58,364 nucleotides of DNA from Marine Group II euryarchaeote MED-G34 (GTDB lineage: Archaea; Thermoplasmatota; Poseidoniia; Poseidoniales; Thalassarchaeaceae): positions 1 to 58,364 of the forward strand of contig NTJT01000005.1 of assembly GCA_002457605.1 (NCBI GenBank). Direction: 5' to 3'. The notes under the pieces are model-generated. The model had not been told where the DNA came from. It worked only from the letters and a program-made list of their open reading frames with translations, and did no database searches. Both the position numbers and the translations under genes were made by a program. How positions within the stretch are numbered: the first letter of the stretch is position 1; each line of letters starts with the position of its first letter. Of the stretch, positions 17,374 through 25,876 are shown in pieces.

Positions 17374-17923
17374 GTTGATTCAGATGCGCGTGAAGGCGCT
17401 TGCCGCTATTCTCGTTCTGATTCTGATGATGCCAACCGCAGCAGCTCATGGGGCCGATACATTCTCGTTCATCATGCGAAACGAGTCGATCCAGCCAGAC
17501 ACTGCGCAAGTCATACAGAACGATACTATGATTTTCATCAACACAGCTGACTATGATCGAAGAGTGGCCATCGACAGCGATGGAGACGGTACGGAAGAGA
17601 TGGACTGCGTCGCTGGCCCCTCAAATTCATCATCCACTGAAGACGAGTGCCATCTATGGTTGGAGCCTGCCAACTGGAGCGAAGGAAGTTACGAGGTCAG
17701 AGTCTATTCGAATGGCAGCCTCTGGCAGAGCATCGACCTTACCATAATACTAGACAACCACACTGAGACCTTGCCCCCTGAAGGCTTTGTATTCGGACCG
17801 GATCCGGGTGAGCCTGAAGAGGATGATATGTCGAGCATGCTTCTGAGTGCCGCCGTGCTAATGGCTGGTGCCGCTGCGATTGTTTGGGTTATTCGTAATG
17901 TGAAGGAGGATGAGGAAGAGTGA
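17366..17923 (+). CDS. Exported, C-terminally anchored small beta-protein with mature N-terminal His (cupredoxin/CopC-like)
   Basis: MPTAAA|HGAD; IQPDTAQVIQNDTMIFIN cupredoxin-like strands; DSDGDG; Cys pair; LDNH; C-terminal TM; start overlaps the upstream stop. Confidence 0.68.
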   Translation: MTELIQMRVKALAAILVLILMMPTAAAHGADTFSFIMRNESIQPDTAQVIQNDTMIFINTADYDRRVAIDSDGDGTEEMDCVAGPSNSSSTEDECHLWLEPANWSEGSYEVRVYSNGSLWQSIDLTIILDNHTETLPPEGFVFGPDPGEPEEDDMSSMLLSAAVLMAGAAAIVWVIRNVKEDEEE

Positions 17924-18651
17924 GCCGAGTCCTAGCTATTCTGATGACCGCCAGTGTCGTTCTGGCAGGATGCCTTGGAAATGCTGAGTCTGACGTGTTC
18001 TACGGCGAGGACATCAACCCACCGATGCATGTCGATGACTTTGTGTTGATGGACGAGAATGGTGACAACTACTCGCTGTCTCAATTGCAAGGTAAAGTGA
18101 TTGTAGTCGCCTTCCTGTTCACACGCTGCCCCGACATCTGTCCCATCGTCAGTGCCAATCTCGACTTCATCTCCGAGCAGCTCGGTGACAGTTACGGCTC
18201 TGAGGTCGCAATCTTATCGATTACTGTGGACCCTTGGACTGACAACTCCTCGGTTCTAGCGAACTATGCCGAGCAGAGGGGATTGGACTGGCCTCATCTT
18301 ACAACTTCCAATGCCAGCGATATCTCCGATTTAACTGAGGTCTGGTCTAACTTCGATGTCGGCCTAGAGACTTATGCCTCAGACGAGGACTCCGATGGAG
18401 TGGCAGATGGCTTCGATATCTGCTCTGGTACTCCTGAGGGAGAGCCAGTAGATGACAACGGTTGCGGCCTAGAGACTCAGCAGTCCAATGGTGATGTCAA
18501 GATAATGCACCATCCGCTTAACTACTGGGTAGATCACACGACCGGGACTATCATCGTGGACAAGCAGATGCGTCAGAGGGTCTGGTGGGGCGACACTGAC
18601 TGGAATGCGGAGATGGTCCTCGAAGACATCTACATGTTGCTGGAGGAATGA
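17920..18651 (+). CDS. SCO1/SenC family copper chaperone lipoprotein with Ca-binding insertion
   Basis: Lipobox LAGC, FTRCPDICP (CxxxC), SITVDP..D, distal His in VDHTT. Confidence 0.92.
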   Translation: MSRVLAILMTASVVLAGCLGNAESDVFYGEDINPPMHVDDFVLMDENGDNYSLSQLQGKVIVVAFLFTRCPDICPIVSANLDFISEQLGDSYGSEVAILSITVDPWTDNSSVLANYAEQRGLDWPHLTTSNASDISDLTEVWSNFDVGLETYASDEDSDGVADGFDICSGTPEGEPVDDNGCGLETQQSNGDVKIMHHPLNYWVDHTTGTIIVDKQMRQRVWWGDTDWNAEMVLEDIYMLLEE

Positions 18652-19739
18652 GGATGCGCGAGGAAACGGTCGCCCTCCTACTTGCGTTTATCCTGCTCCT
18701 ACCGGGATGTGTTGCATCTGAGGACGAAGTGGATTTATTCGGGGTCGAGTATAGGGAACCTCCTGAAGCGCCCGACTTTACTCTCTTTGATCAGGATGGA
18801 GAGTTGTTCACACTCTCCGAATACGAAGGTAAAGTCGTAGTCGTTGCATTCGTCTACACCTCTTGCCCCGATATATGCCTAGTCATTTCAGCCAACCTAG
18901 ACTACATCGACCAAAACCTCGATGGTTATTCCGATGAAGTCGTAATTATCTCAGTCACAATAGATCCAGCTCGAGACACAATCAACCATCTCGCTGAGTG
19001 GACCGATCTGATGGGCTACGATTGGCATCACCTGACTGGACCTACATCCACCCTCCAAGATACTTACAGATTATGGAATGTGATAGTGGATAACGAGCAC
19101 ATAAACGCCAGTCAGCCGCCCGAGGATGAGTCAAACCGAATTGCAGTTCTATACCCCGACAATTCAACATTCCACCATGACGAAAACGGAGTGGGGCTGA
19201 GCGGGAGTGATTTCGCAATGCGGGTTTTCAACGAGTCTAACATCAGTTATGACATGGCTGAAGGAATTATCGGGGACTGGCAATCAGATGGCGAATGGTC
19301 GTGGGTTCTGCACGCATGGGATGTAGAGAACGAATCTTGGACAGTGACCCAAGAGAGTGTCTCATCCATTATCCTCAGTACTGGCACTCACCTTGCTTGG
19401 GCTGCCAGTAACGCTGATCTTGACAACCTTCCTCCAGGCGTGGACTGCGATGGTCGTGGCTGGGTAATGGGCTCCGGAGGCGGGGCTCACTGCATGTGTG
19501 ATGACGGCTATGAGAGGCCGGAAGGAGATTGGTTATCTTGCATAGCCGAGGGCACGGGCAGTAGTGATAGTGACGACGAGGTAGATCCACACGAGGAGTC
19601 CTTGGGAGAATACGAGGTTGGCCACTCGACGGTGACCTTTATCCTCGACAAACAGTTGCGAAAGCGTGTCGCCTACTCAGGAATTTACTGGGAGGCGGAT
19701 GAGTTCATTCACGATCTGAAAGCACTGGCGGACGAGTAA
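18648..19739 (+). CDS. SCO1/SenC family copper chaperone lipoprotein with large insertion
   Basis: Lipobox LPGC, YTSCPDICL, SVTIDPARD, YEVGHSTVTFILD; about 170-aa insert before the His. Confidence 0.9.
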   Translation: MRMREETVALLLAFILLLPGCVASEDEVDLFGVEYREPPEAPDFTLFDQDGELFTLSEYEGKVVVVAFVYTSCPDICLVISANLDYIDQNLDGYSDEVVIISVTIDPARDTINHLAEWTDLMGYDWHHLTGPTSTLQDTYRLWNVIVDNEHINASQPPEDESNRIAVLYPDNSTFHHDENGVGLSGSDFAMRVFNESNISYDMAEGIIGDWQSDGEWSWVLHAWDVENESWTVTQESVSSIILSTGTHLAWAASNADLDNLPPGVDCDGRGWVMGSGGGAHCMCDDGYERPEGDWLSCIAEGTGSSDSDDEVDPHEESLGEYEVGHSTVTFILDKQLRKRVAYSGIYWEADEFIHDLKALADE

Positions 19740-19848
19740 GAAATGGCTGTATTTTAATCATAGAAACTGCTAACTGACAGCAAGTAACGATTCTTGACGA
19801 GCGCGATAACCCACGTCTTTGATATACCATAGATTCTGTATTTTAGGC

Positions 19849-20628
19849 ATGGCAGATGAGGATGGGGTGCCTCGCTCATTGTTCCTCGCGGGACTGATGA
19901 TTACCAGCGTGATGGTTGGAGTGCTGTTCTTTGATATCCAAAAAGAGGGTGAGAACTTAGCTCCAGTGATTGAAGGAGATATCCCGACCAACATCCTCAT
20001 CGGCAGCATCGATTCACTGAGTCTGAACATCACAGACGAGATGATGAACGAATTGACTTTGTCCGTTTCTCTCAGCGGTAACGAGATTCAGCATCAGATG
20101 GATGCTGATGGCATTCTAATCATCGACATCTCCCAACTTGGAATCGGGAGCCATGTAGTCAAGATAGTGGCCACTGACAGCATCGGCCAAGAATCAAAGT
20201 GGTCAGCCGCATTCATGATTGAATACCCTGATGAGGGGTACACGGTAATCGTAGTCAGCAGCAACGAGATAACTGTCGAGCGAGGGAACAGTACCACGGC
20301 CTCAGGAGTCTTAGTCCACCAGAGTATGAATACCTGCAATCTAGAGTGGTCTGACGGCGACATAGACGAGTTCAGCCTCAACCTGCCATACGACGAGGAG
20401 GGCAGGTTCGATCTAGGGTTCTCAAACATCCAAGAGAACTTGACCATCACGGTCAGGGGGACCTGCGGTACCTGGGTCGACTCAAGTGAAACTGAAGTAT
20501 TCAACATCACAGTCACTGAGCCAGCGGCAGAACCAGAGCCTACTCGCGGATGCACCGACTCGGAGGCCAACAACTACGACGAGGCCGCTGAGGAAGACGA
20601 TGGTTCATGCGAGTATGACGAACAGTAA
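19849..20628 (+). CDS. Membrane-anchored surface protein with Ig-like domains and C-terminal GCTD...DDGSC motif
   Basis: N-terminal TM, NLAPVI...GSHVVKIVATDSIG Ig-like repeat, terminal GCTDSEANNYDEAAEEDDGSCEY. Confidence 0.75.
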   Translation: MADEDGVPRSLFLAGLMITSVMVGVLFFDIQKEGENLAPVIEGDIPTNILIGSIDSLSLNITDEMMNELTLSVSLSGNEIQHQMDADGILIIDISQLGIGSHVVKIVATDSIGQESKWSAAFMIEYPDEGYTVIVVSSNEITVERGNSTTASGVLVHQSMNTCNLEWSDGDIDEFSLNLPYDEEGRFDLGFSNIQENLTITVRGTCGTWVDSSETEVFNITVTEPAAEPEPTRGCTDSEANNYDEAAEEDDGSCEYDEQ

Positions 20629-20634
20629 TTGTGA

Positions 20635-22125
20635 TTAGAGGATTGGCATCCGTCGAAGTCGCTCTAGATCGGGTTGGTACAACTCGCGGATATCATCCAA
20701 CTCCAGAATGAGCATCGCTAAGCGCTCTAGTCCTAGACCCCAAGCACAAACAGGCCACTCAGTTCCGAGTGGTTCTGTAACTTCGGGTCGGAATATACCG
20801 GAGCCACCGAGTTCGAGCCATTCCCCTCTCCACATAACGTCTACCTCAACACTTGGCTCAGTGTAAGGGAAGTAGGCAGGGCGTACCCTGACGTCTGGGA
20901 AACCCATCTTGGAGTAGAATGTCTTGAGCGTCGAAATTAGCATCGGCAGGTTGGCCTCGGACTCGTGGATTATACCTTCAATCTGGTAGAACTCAGGAAG
21001 ATGAGTTCGATCTATCGACTCTTGGCGGAACACCCTACCGATTCCAAATACTCGGCATGGTTCGTGCGGGTTCTCGGCGATGTGACGGACGGTGTTGACC
21101 GTAGTATGGGTCCTGAGAAGGGCCTTCTTCGCCTCCTCCTGATTGAAGGGAGTCCCCCAGCCCCTGCTGCCGGTGTCGTGCCCATGCTCGTGCACTCTGG
21201 CCCACAAATCGAGGTACTCCTGTTCGACCTCGACCTGCTTTGGCTCGGAGAGGTAGAAGGTGTCCTGCATGGTTCGAGCTGGATGGGACTGAGGGATGAA
21301 CAGTGAATCCATGTTCCAGCCTGCCGACTGGACGAAGTCACCCTCGATCTCGGAGAATCCCATCTCGAGGAAGACCGAGCGAATCATCTCGATTAGTGCC
21401 TGCATAGGATGAGGTCTGCCTCCAGCGGGAGTAGGAGTGGGGGCGTTGACATCGAACGGCTTGAATCTTGCATCCCTCCAGTCATCTCCTTGGAGCAATT
21501 CGGGAGTTACATCTCCAATCAAATCGACTTCTTCAAGCATTGATGCATCGACCGAAGATCCTGCTTCAGTGAGGGCCCAATTCCGTGAAACACGCTCCTC
21601 CACTACAATCAGACCCTTACGGGATGAGAAGTGACTCACCATGTCGGCATCCAGTGTGGACTGCTTGAGAGGACCGGCCGATAGAGATTCGATGAATGCG
21701 GACCTCTGCTCGATGACAGAACTCACCGAGCCCTCGTCCTCAGCCACCATGGAGCCTGCCTCGAGCCTGACTCCCAAGGCCTTGAGCAATCCGACTCCCG
21801 GGCCGGCCTCGTGCCGCTCGAACTCAGATGACAGTGCAGCCATCGTCCTGTCGTTTGGCTGCTGCTCGCTAATCCATCCCCACAGACGGGCCTCAAGCAA
21901 CCCTACAGATACGGCCGAGGAACCCTCTTCACCTAGTGAGACAGAGTTGACTCTTTCCTCAAAGACCTCGACTAGTCCGGCTTCTGTGAGGCCTGCTCCA
22001 GCTCCGGCTACGTGGACCTGATCATCCCAGCCCGTCGCCGACAGCAGTTGTTCTAGCGACCACGAATGGTCAGGTTTTGACAGCATCACACGCAGCATCC
22101 GGCGCTCGTTATTGCCTAGATCCAT
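20635..22125 (-). CDS. pheS: Phenylalanine--tRNA ligase alpha subunit
   Basis: HPARTMQDTFY, LLRTHTT, GRVFRQE..DRTHLPEFYQIEG, YFPYTEPS, GLGLERLAM; long archaeal N-terminal wHTH region. Confidence 0.96.
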   Translation of the reverse strand: MDLGNNERRMLRVMLSKPDHSWSLEQLLSATGWDDQVHVAGAGAGLTEAGLVEVFEERVNSVSLGEEGSSAVSVGLLEARLWGWISEQQPNDRTMAALSSEFERHEAGPGVGLLKALGVRLEAGSMVAEDEGSVSSVIEQRSAFIESLSAGPLKQSTLDADMVSHFSSRKGLIVVEERVSRNWALTEAGSSVDASMLEEVDLIGDVTPELLQGDDWRDARFKPFDVNAPTPTPAGGRPHPMQALIEMIRSVFLEMGFSEIEGDFVQSAGWNMDSLFIPQSHPARTMQDTFYLSEPKQVEVEQEYLDLWARVHEHGHDTGSRGWGTPFNQEEAKKALLRTHTTVNTVRHIAENPHEPCRVFGIGRVFRQESIDRTHLPEFYQIEGIIHESEANLPMLISTLKTFYSKMGFPDVRVRPAYFPYTEPSVEVDVMWRGEWLELGGSGIFRPEVTEPLGTEWPVCAWGLGLERLAMLILELDDIRELYQPDLERLRRMPIL

Positions 22126-22199
22126 CGTACTACCTCGGACCTTGACGAATTGAGCCATCCACTTGATGCTTGCCGATGCGCCGCCCTAAGGGGCGGCGG

Positions 22200-22607
22200 T
22201 TACTCCTCCTCAGACTCCCAGAGGAGAGTCGAACATGAGTTGCAAGAGTGGGCCTTCGGCTTTGGTCCATCGACCCAATCGAGATTACCACACCTCCCAC
22301 ATAGAACAGAGGTCCTGATTGGTGGCTCCAAAGTAGTATCAATCCGGTACATCACCCGACCAGCATCTGGCATCTTGGTGGAATCGGGCTCCCATGCGGC
22401 GACCTTCTCGGGATCTGCATTCTCCTCAATAGCCATCCCTAGCCCGACGACCAAGAGCACGATTCCAGCAATTGCAAGTGGGGCGGCTATGGCTAGGGCA
22501 AAAGCGGAGACGCCTGATGTTAGAATGATGCCGCTGCCGAGTGCAATGCATACCCACGCAGCGAGGACCGTGTTGGTCCTGAGGTTGCTCTCAGGCGCTA
22601 ACTGCAC
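22200..22607 (-). CDS. Small two-TM membrane protein with C-terminal Zn ribbon
   Basis: Two hydrophobic helices followed by CGRCG...CNSC. Confidence 0.75.
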   Translation of the reverse strand: MQLAPESNLRTNTVLAAWVCIALGSGIILTSGVSAFALAIAAPLAIAGIVLLVVGLGMAIEENADPEKVAAWEPDSTKMPDAGRVMYRIDTTLEPPIRTSVLCGRCGNLDWVDGPKPKAHSCNSCSTLLWESEEE

Positions 22608-22703
22608 GGGCCTTCGAGAGGTCCCGGGTGCATGAAGATGGCCCTGAGACCATCGGTTCTAGGATGTAGGGTTCAAGAGTCTGAGTCTGTCGTCTTGGAG
22701 CGC

Positions 22704-22780
22704 GCCTCAGTAGCTCAGCCCGGTAGAGCATCTGATTTGTAATCAGACGGTCGGGGGTTCGACTCCCTCCTGGGGCTCCA
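22704..22780 (+). tRNA. tRNA-Thr(TGT)
   Basis: GCCTCAGTAGCTCAG...TCTGA-TTTGTAA-TCAGA...GGTTCGACTCC...CTGGGGCTCCA. Confidence 0.96.
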
Positions 22781-22828
22781 AAATTCCACTGTGAAAGGTC
22801 AAAGGGCGAGTCGCCCCGGGAGGCTGAC

Positions 22829-23680
22829 ATGAGTGCACTGATAGTAGACGGTAAGGCGCTTGCACTCAGTCTCGAGAAGGAGTTGCGCGAGCGAGTAGAG
22901 ACTCTCAAGGAGAAGGGGGTGTCCCCTCATCTTGCAGTGGTAATCGCCGGGGATGATCCGGCCAGTCATGTCTATGTCCGCAACAAGCAGCGAGCCTGTG
23001 AGAGGTGTAGTATCCTGAGTAGCCGTATTGACCTACCTTCCAACACTACACTAGAAGATATTCTCGAAGTGGTCGCAGAACTGAATGCCGATTCATCGGT
23101 GCACGGGATTCTAGTTCAGAGTCCGGCTCCCGAAGGAGTTGACGAACTCGTCATCGCATCAGCTATTTCGCCAAAGAAAGATGTCGATGGATTCCACCCC
23201 GCTAACCTCGGCAAACTGGTGCAGGGCGATACCAGTGGGCTGCTACCTTGTACTCCCTCTGGTGTGCTGATGATGCTCGAGAAGAAAAGTACTGGGCTCA
23301 GTGGTGCGAAAGCGGTCGTGCTCGGGCGCTCGAGGATAGTAGGTATGCCGATGGCACTGATGTTGGCTCAACGAGGAGTGGATGCAACAGTGACCATTGC
23401 GCATTCACGAACCGAGGATGCAGTGGCGCTGTGTCGCGAAGCTGACATCGTGGTGGCAGCAATCGGCAGACCTCACACTGTGAAAGCTGATTGGATTAAG
23501 CCCGGAGCCTTCGTAGTCGATGTCGGCATTTCGAGGACAGGTGACGGTGGACTAGCCGGAGATGTAGATCCTGGAGTTGAGGAAGTCGCTGGTTGGTTGA
23601 CCCCGGTCCCGGGGGGTGTCGGACCCATGACCATAGCCATGCTGATGGCCAACACAGTGAGTGCAGCCGAGTCCCTTTAG
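22829..23680 (+). CDS. folD: Bifunctional methylene-THF dehydrogenase / methenyl-THF cyclohydrolase
   Basis: YVRNK, KDVDGFHP, PCTPSG, GRSRIVGMP, TPVPGGVGPMT. Confidence 0.96.
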   Translation: MSALIVDGKALALSLEKELRERVETLKEKGVSPHLAVVIAGDDPASHVYVRNKQRACERCSILSSRIDLPSNTTLEDILEVVAELNADSSVHGILVQSPAPEGVDELVIASAISPKKDVDGFHPANLGKLVQGDTSGLLPCTPSGVLMMLEKKSTGLSGAKAVVLGRSRIVGMPMALMLAQRGVDATVTIAHSRTEDAVALCREADIVVAAIGRPHTVKADWIKPGAFVVDVGISRTGDGGLAGDVDPGVEEVAGWLTPVPGGVGPMTIAMLMANTVSAAESL

Positions 23681-23991
23681 AACACGCCTAAATCAAATCT
23701 CGCGTCTTCAGTTGCGTGAATTCGAGGGTCCCAGGGCGGAGAGAATGTGAGATTCACATGGACACTGTCCACTCCTTCAGTAGATAGTGCTGAGCGATGC
23801 ACTGCGGCCATAATCTCAGGTGCAACTGGACAACCTGGACTAGTCAAGGTCATGTCAATCTCTGCGTGTACTCCCTCGTCTCCCTCCTCTATTCTGATGG
23901 CGTAGATTAGCCCCAGCTCGATGACTGACATCTTCATCTCAGGATCTTGTACCTCTCCTAGTGAATCAGTGATATCGGACTCTTCTACCAT
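23677..23991 (-). CDS. sufT: DUF59/SufT (MIP18-family) Fe-S assembly protein
   Basis: VQDPE..SVIELGLIY, MTLTSPGCP, FSPPWDP. Confidence 0.88.
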   Translation of the reverse strand: MVEESDITDSLGEVQDPEMKMSVIELGLIYAIRIEEGDEGVHAEIDMTLTSPGCPVAPEIMAAVHRSALSTEGVDSVHVNLTFSPPWDPRIHATEDARFDLGVF

Positions 23992-24000
23992 GGTGATGCC

Positions 24001-24429
24001 TCACTGAAGCAGGACTGCCTCCTCGCAGACCCGTTTGAACATGTTTAGGAAGCCATTGGCCCTACTTGGAGTGAGTGAGGAGCGGATACCCATCGCCTCG
24101 GCATAATCAGGCTCCATCTCAGCCACCTCGGAAGGATTCATGCCGTTTACGGCGATCGCCGTCACCGCCATCAGACCCTGTACAATCTGGGCATCAGCAC
24201 CTCCTCTCAGGAGAAACCCTCCATTTTCATCGACTGAGCATATGATGTGAGCTCTAGACTGACAACCGTGGACTTGGTTGCCGTCATTCCACTCTTCCTG
24301 TGGGAGCGGTGAGGGATGCAATTTGGCATATCCGAACAATAGCTCGTATCTCTCCATCGCATCGAAGCAGGCGCGGAACTCCTCAACCACAGGGTCGAGG
24401 TGCACGGGCCACTTCCTGTCCTCTGCCAT
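24001..24429 (-). CDS. sufE: Cysteine desulfuration protein SufE
   Basis: VHGCQS acceptor Cys, DAQIVQGL, LTPSRANG. Confidence 0.92.
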   Translation of the reverse strand: MAEDRKWPVHLDPVVEEFRACFDAMERYELLFGYAKLHPSPLPQEEWNDGNQVHGCQSRAHIICSVDENGGFLLRGGADAQIVQGLMAVTAIAVNGMNPSEVAEMEPDYAEAMGIRSSLTPSRANGFLNMFKRVCEEAVLLQ

Positions 24430-24471
24430 ACTACTGCGTCCTAGAGGCCAGCCTTGAACGTGACTAGGCGG

Positions 24472-25698
24472 TTAGGCGAATCTCTGCACCACTTCGCCTA
24501 GGTACTCTACGAAGGACTCCGCTTCTCCCATGGTATTGTAGATCCAGAACGAGGCGCGGTTTGTAGAAGGGACCCCCAAGGCGTCCATTAGAGGTTGGGC
24601 GCAGTGATGGCCGGTCCTGACGGCGAAACCACCCTCGTCGAGAAGTAGTGCGAGGTCCTGAGACTGGATGCTCTCGTGCAAGAAAGAGACAGCTCCACTG
24701 CTGTCTTCTCTCTCGGGGTCGCCATAAATTCTGATTCCAGGGATTTCTCTCATCCTAGCTGCAGTCCAAGAGGCGATGTCATTGATGTGAGCGTGGACCT
24801 CGCTCATGTCGAACTGGTCGAGCCATTCCACAGCGGCACCCCATCCTATCGCCTCAGCAATCCGAGGAGTCCCGGTCTCAAACATGGCGTGGCCCTCTTG
24901 GAACGTCGAGCCCTCGATGGTGACTCTCTTAATCATCGAGCCCCCCGTCATGAACGGACCCATCTCGGCCATCGCATCTCGCTTCACCAGTATGCACCCT
25001 ATTCCCGTGGGTCCGGCCATTTTGTGAGCCGAGATGGCGACGAAGTCGGCTCCCAGAGAGTCGAAGTCGATCCTCTCGTGAGGCGCGCCCTGCGCGCAGT
25101 CAATCAACACCCGAGCACCAACGGAGTGTGACATCTCTACGATTTCTTCTACAGGATTGCGCACCCCCAAGACATTGCTAGTGTGTACGACGCAGACCAA
25201 TGAGGCCCCATCCAGAGCTACTTCGAAGGCATCCATGTCGAGAGTGAATGACTCGGTGTCTATCGGCACGTACCTGACTTCGACGCCCTTGTCAATCGAC
25301 ATCTGCTGCCACGGCACGATATCAGCATGGTGCTCCATCTCGGTCAGAACGACGACATCTCCCTCGCTGAGATTTTCCCGTGCCCAACCGTAGGCGACTA
25401 AGTTGATTGCCTCGGTGGCGCCGCTGGTGTAGATCATCTGATCGGGCGAAGTTCCAAAGTAGGATGATATTCGCTCCCGGGCGCTCTCAAGAGCGGTGGT
25501 AGCCTCGTCTGCAAGAGTGTGGTTGGCGCGGTGGGCATTAGAGTTGTACTCCTCGTAGTATCGTGACATGGCGTCGATAACGCACTGCGGCTTCTGTGAG
25601 GTTGCGGCGTTGTCGAAGTATACGAGTTTCTTGCCGTTAGGCAGAGTGCGTCCCAGAATAGGGAAATCCCCCCTTATAGCCTCAATATCCAGAGCCAT
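24472..25698 (-). CDS. sufS: Cysteine desulfurase SufS
   Basis: YFDNAATSQKP, MEHHAD, SAHKMAGPTGIG, FETGTP, RTGHHCAQP. Confidence 0.95.
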   Translation of the reverse strand: MALDIEAIRGDFPILGRTLPNGKKLVYFDNAATSQKPQCVIDAMSRYYEEYNSNAHRANHTLADEATTALESARERISSYFGTSPDQMIYTSGATEAINLVAYGWARENLSEGDVVVLTEMEHHADIVPWQQMSIDKGVEVRYVPIDTESFTLDMDAFEVALDGASLVCVVHTSNVLGVRNPVEEIVEMSHSVGARVLIDCAQGAPHERIDFDSLGADFVAISAHKMAGPTGIGCILVKRDAMAEMGPFMTGGSMIKRVTIEGSTFQEGHAMFETGTPRIAEAIGWGAAVEWLDQFDMSEVHAHINDIASWTAARMREIPGIRIYGDPEREDSSGAVSFLHESIQSQDLALLLDEGGFAVRTGHHCAQPLMDALGVPSTNRASFWIYNTMGEAESFVEYLGEVVQRFA

Positions 25699-25876
25699 TG
25701 CTGTTCCTCGGACATTTCGAACAGACGGTCCGATATCAACTCGCGCTCGGGTATTCCGGTGATTATGGGTAGGATTCTGCTTACCTTATTCCCTAGAAGA
25801 AGAAAAAATTCAGAAAACGACTGAATCGCACATTGACAGGGGATGTTTATTGTTCACAACCCCCATCGGCCGGTCC

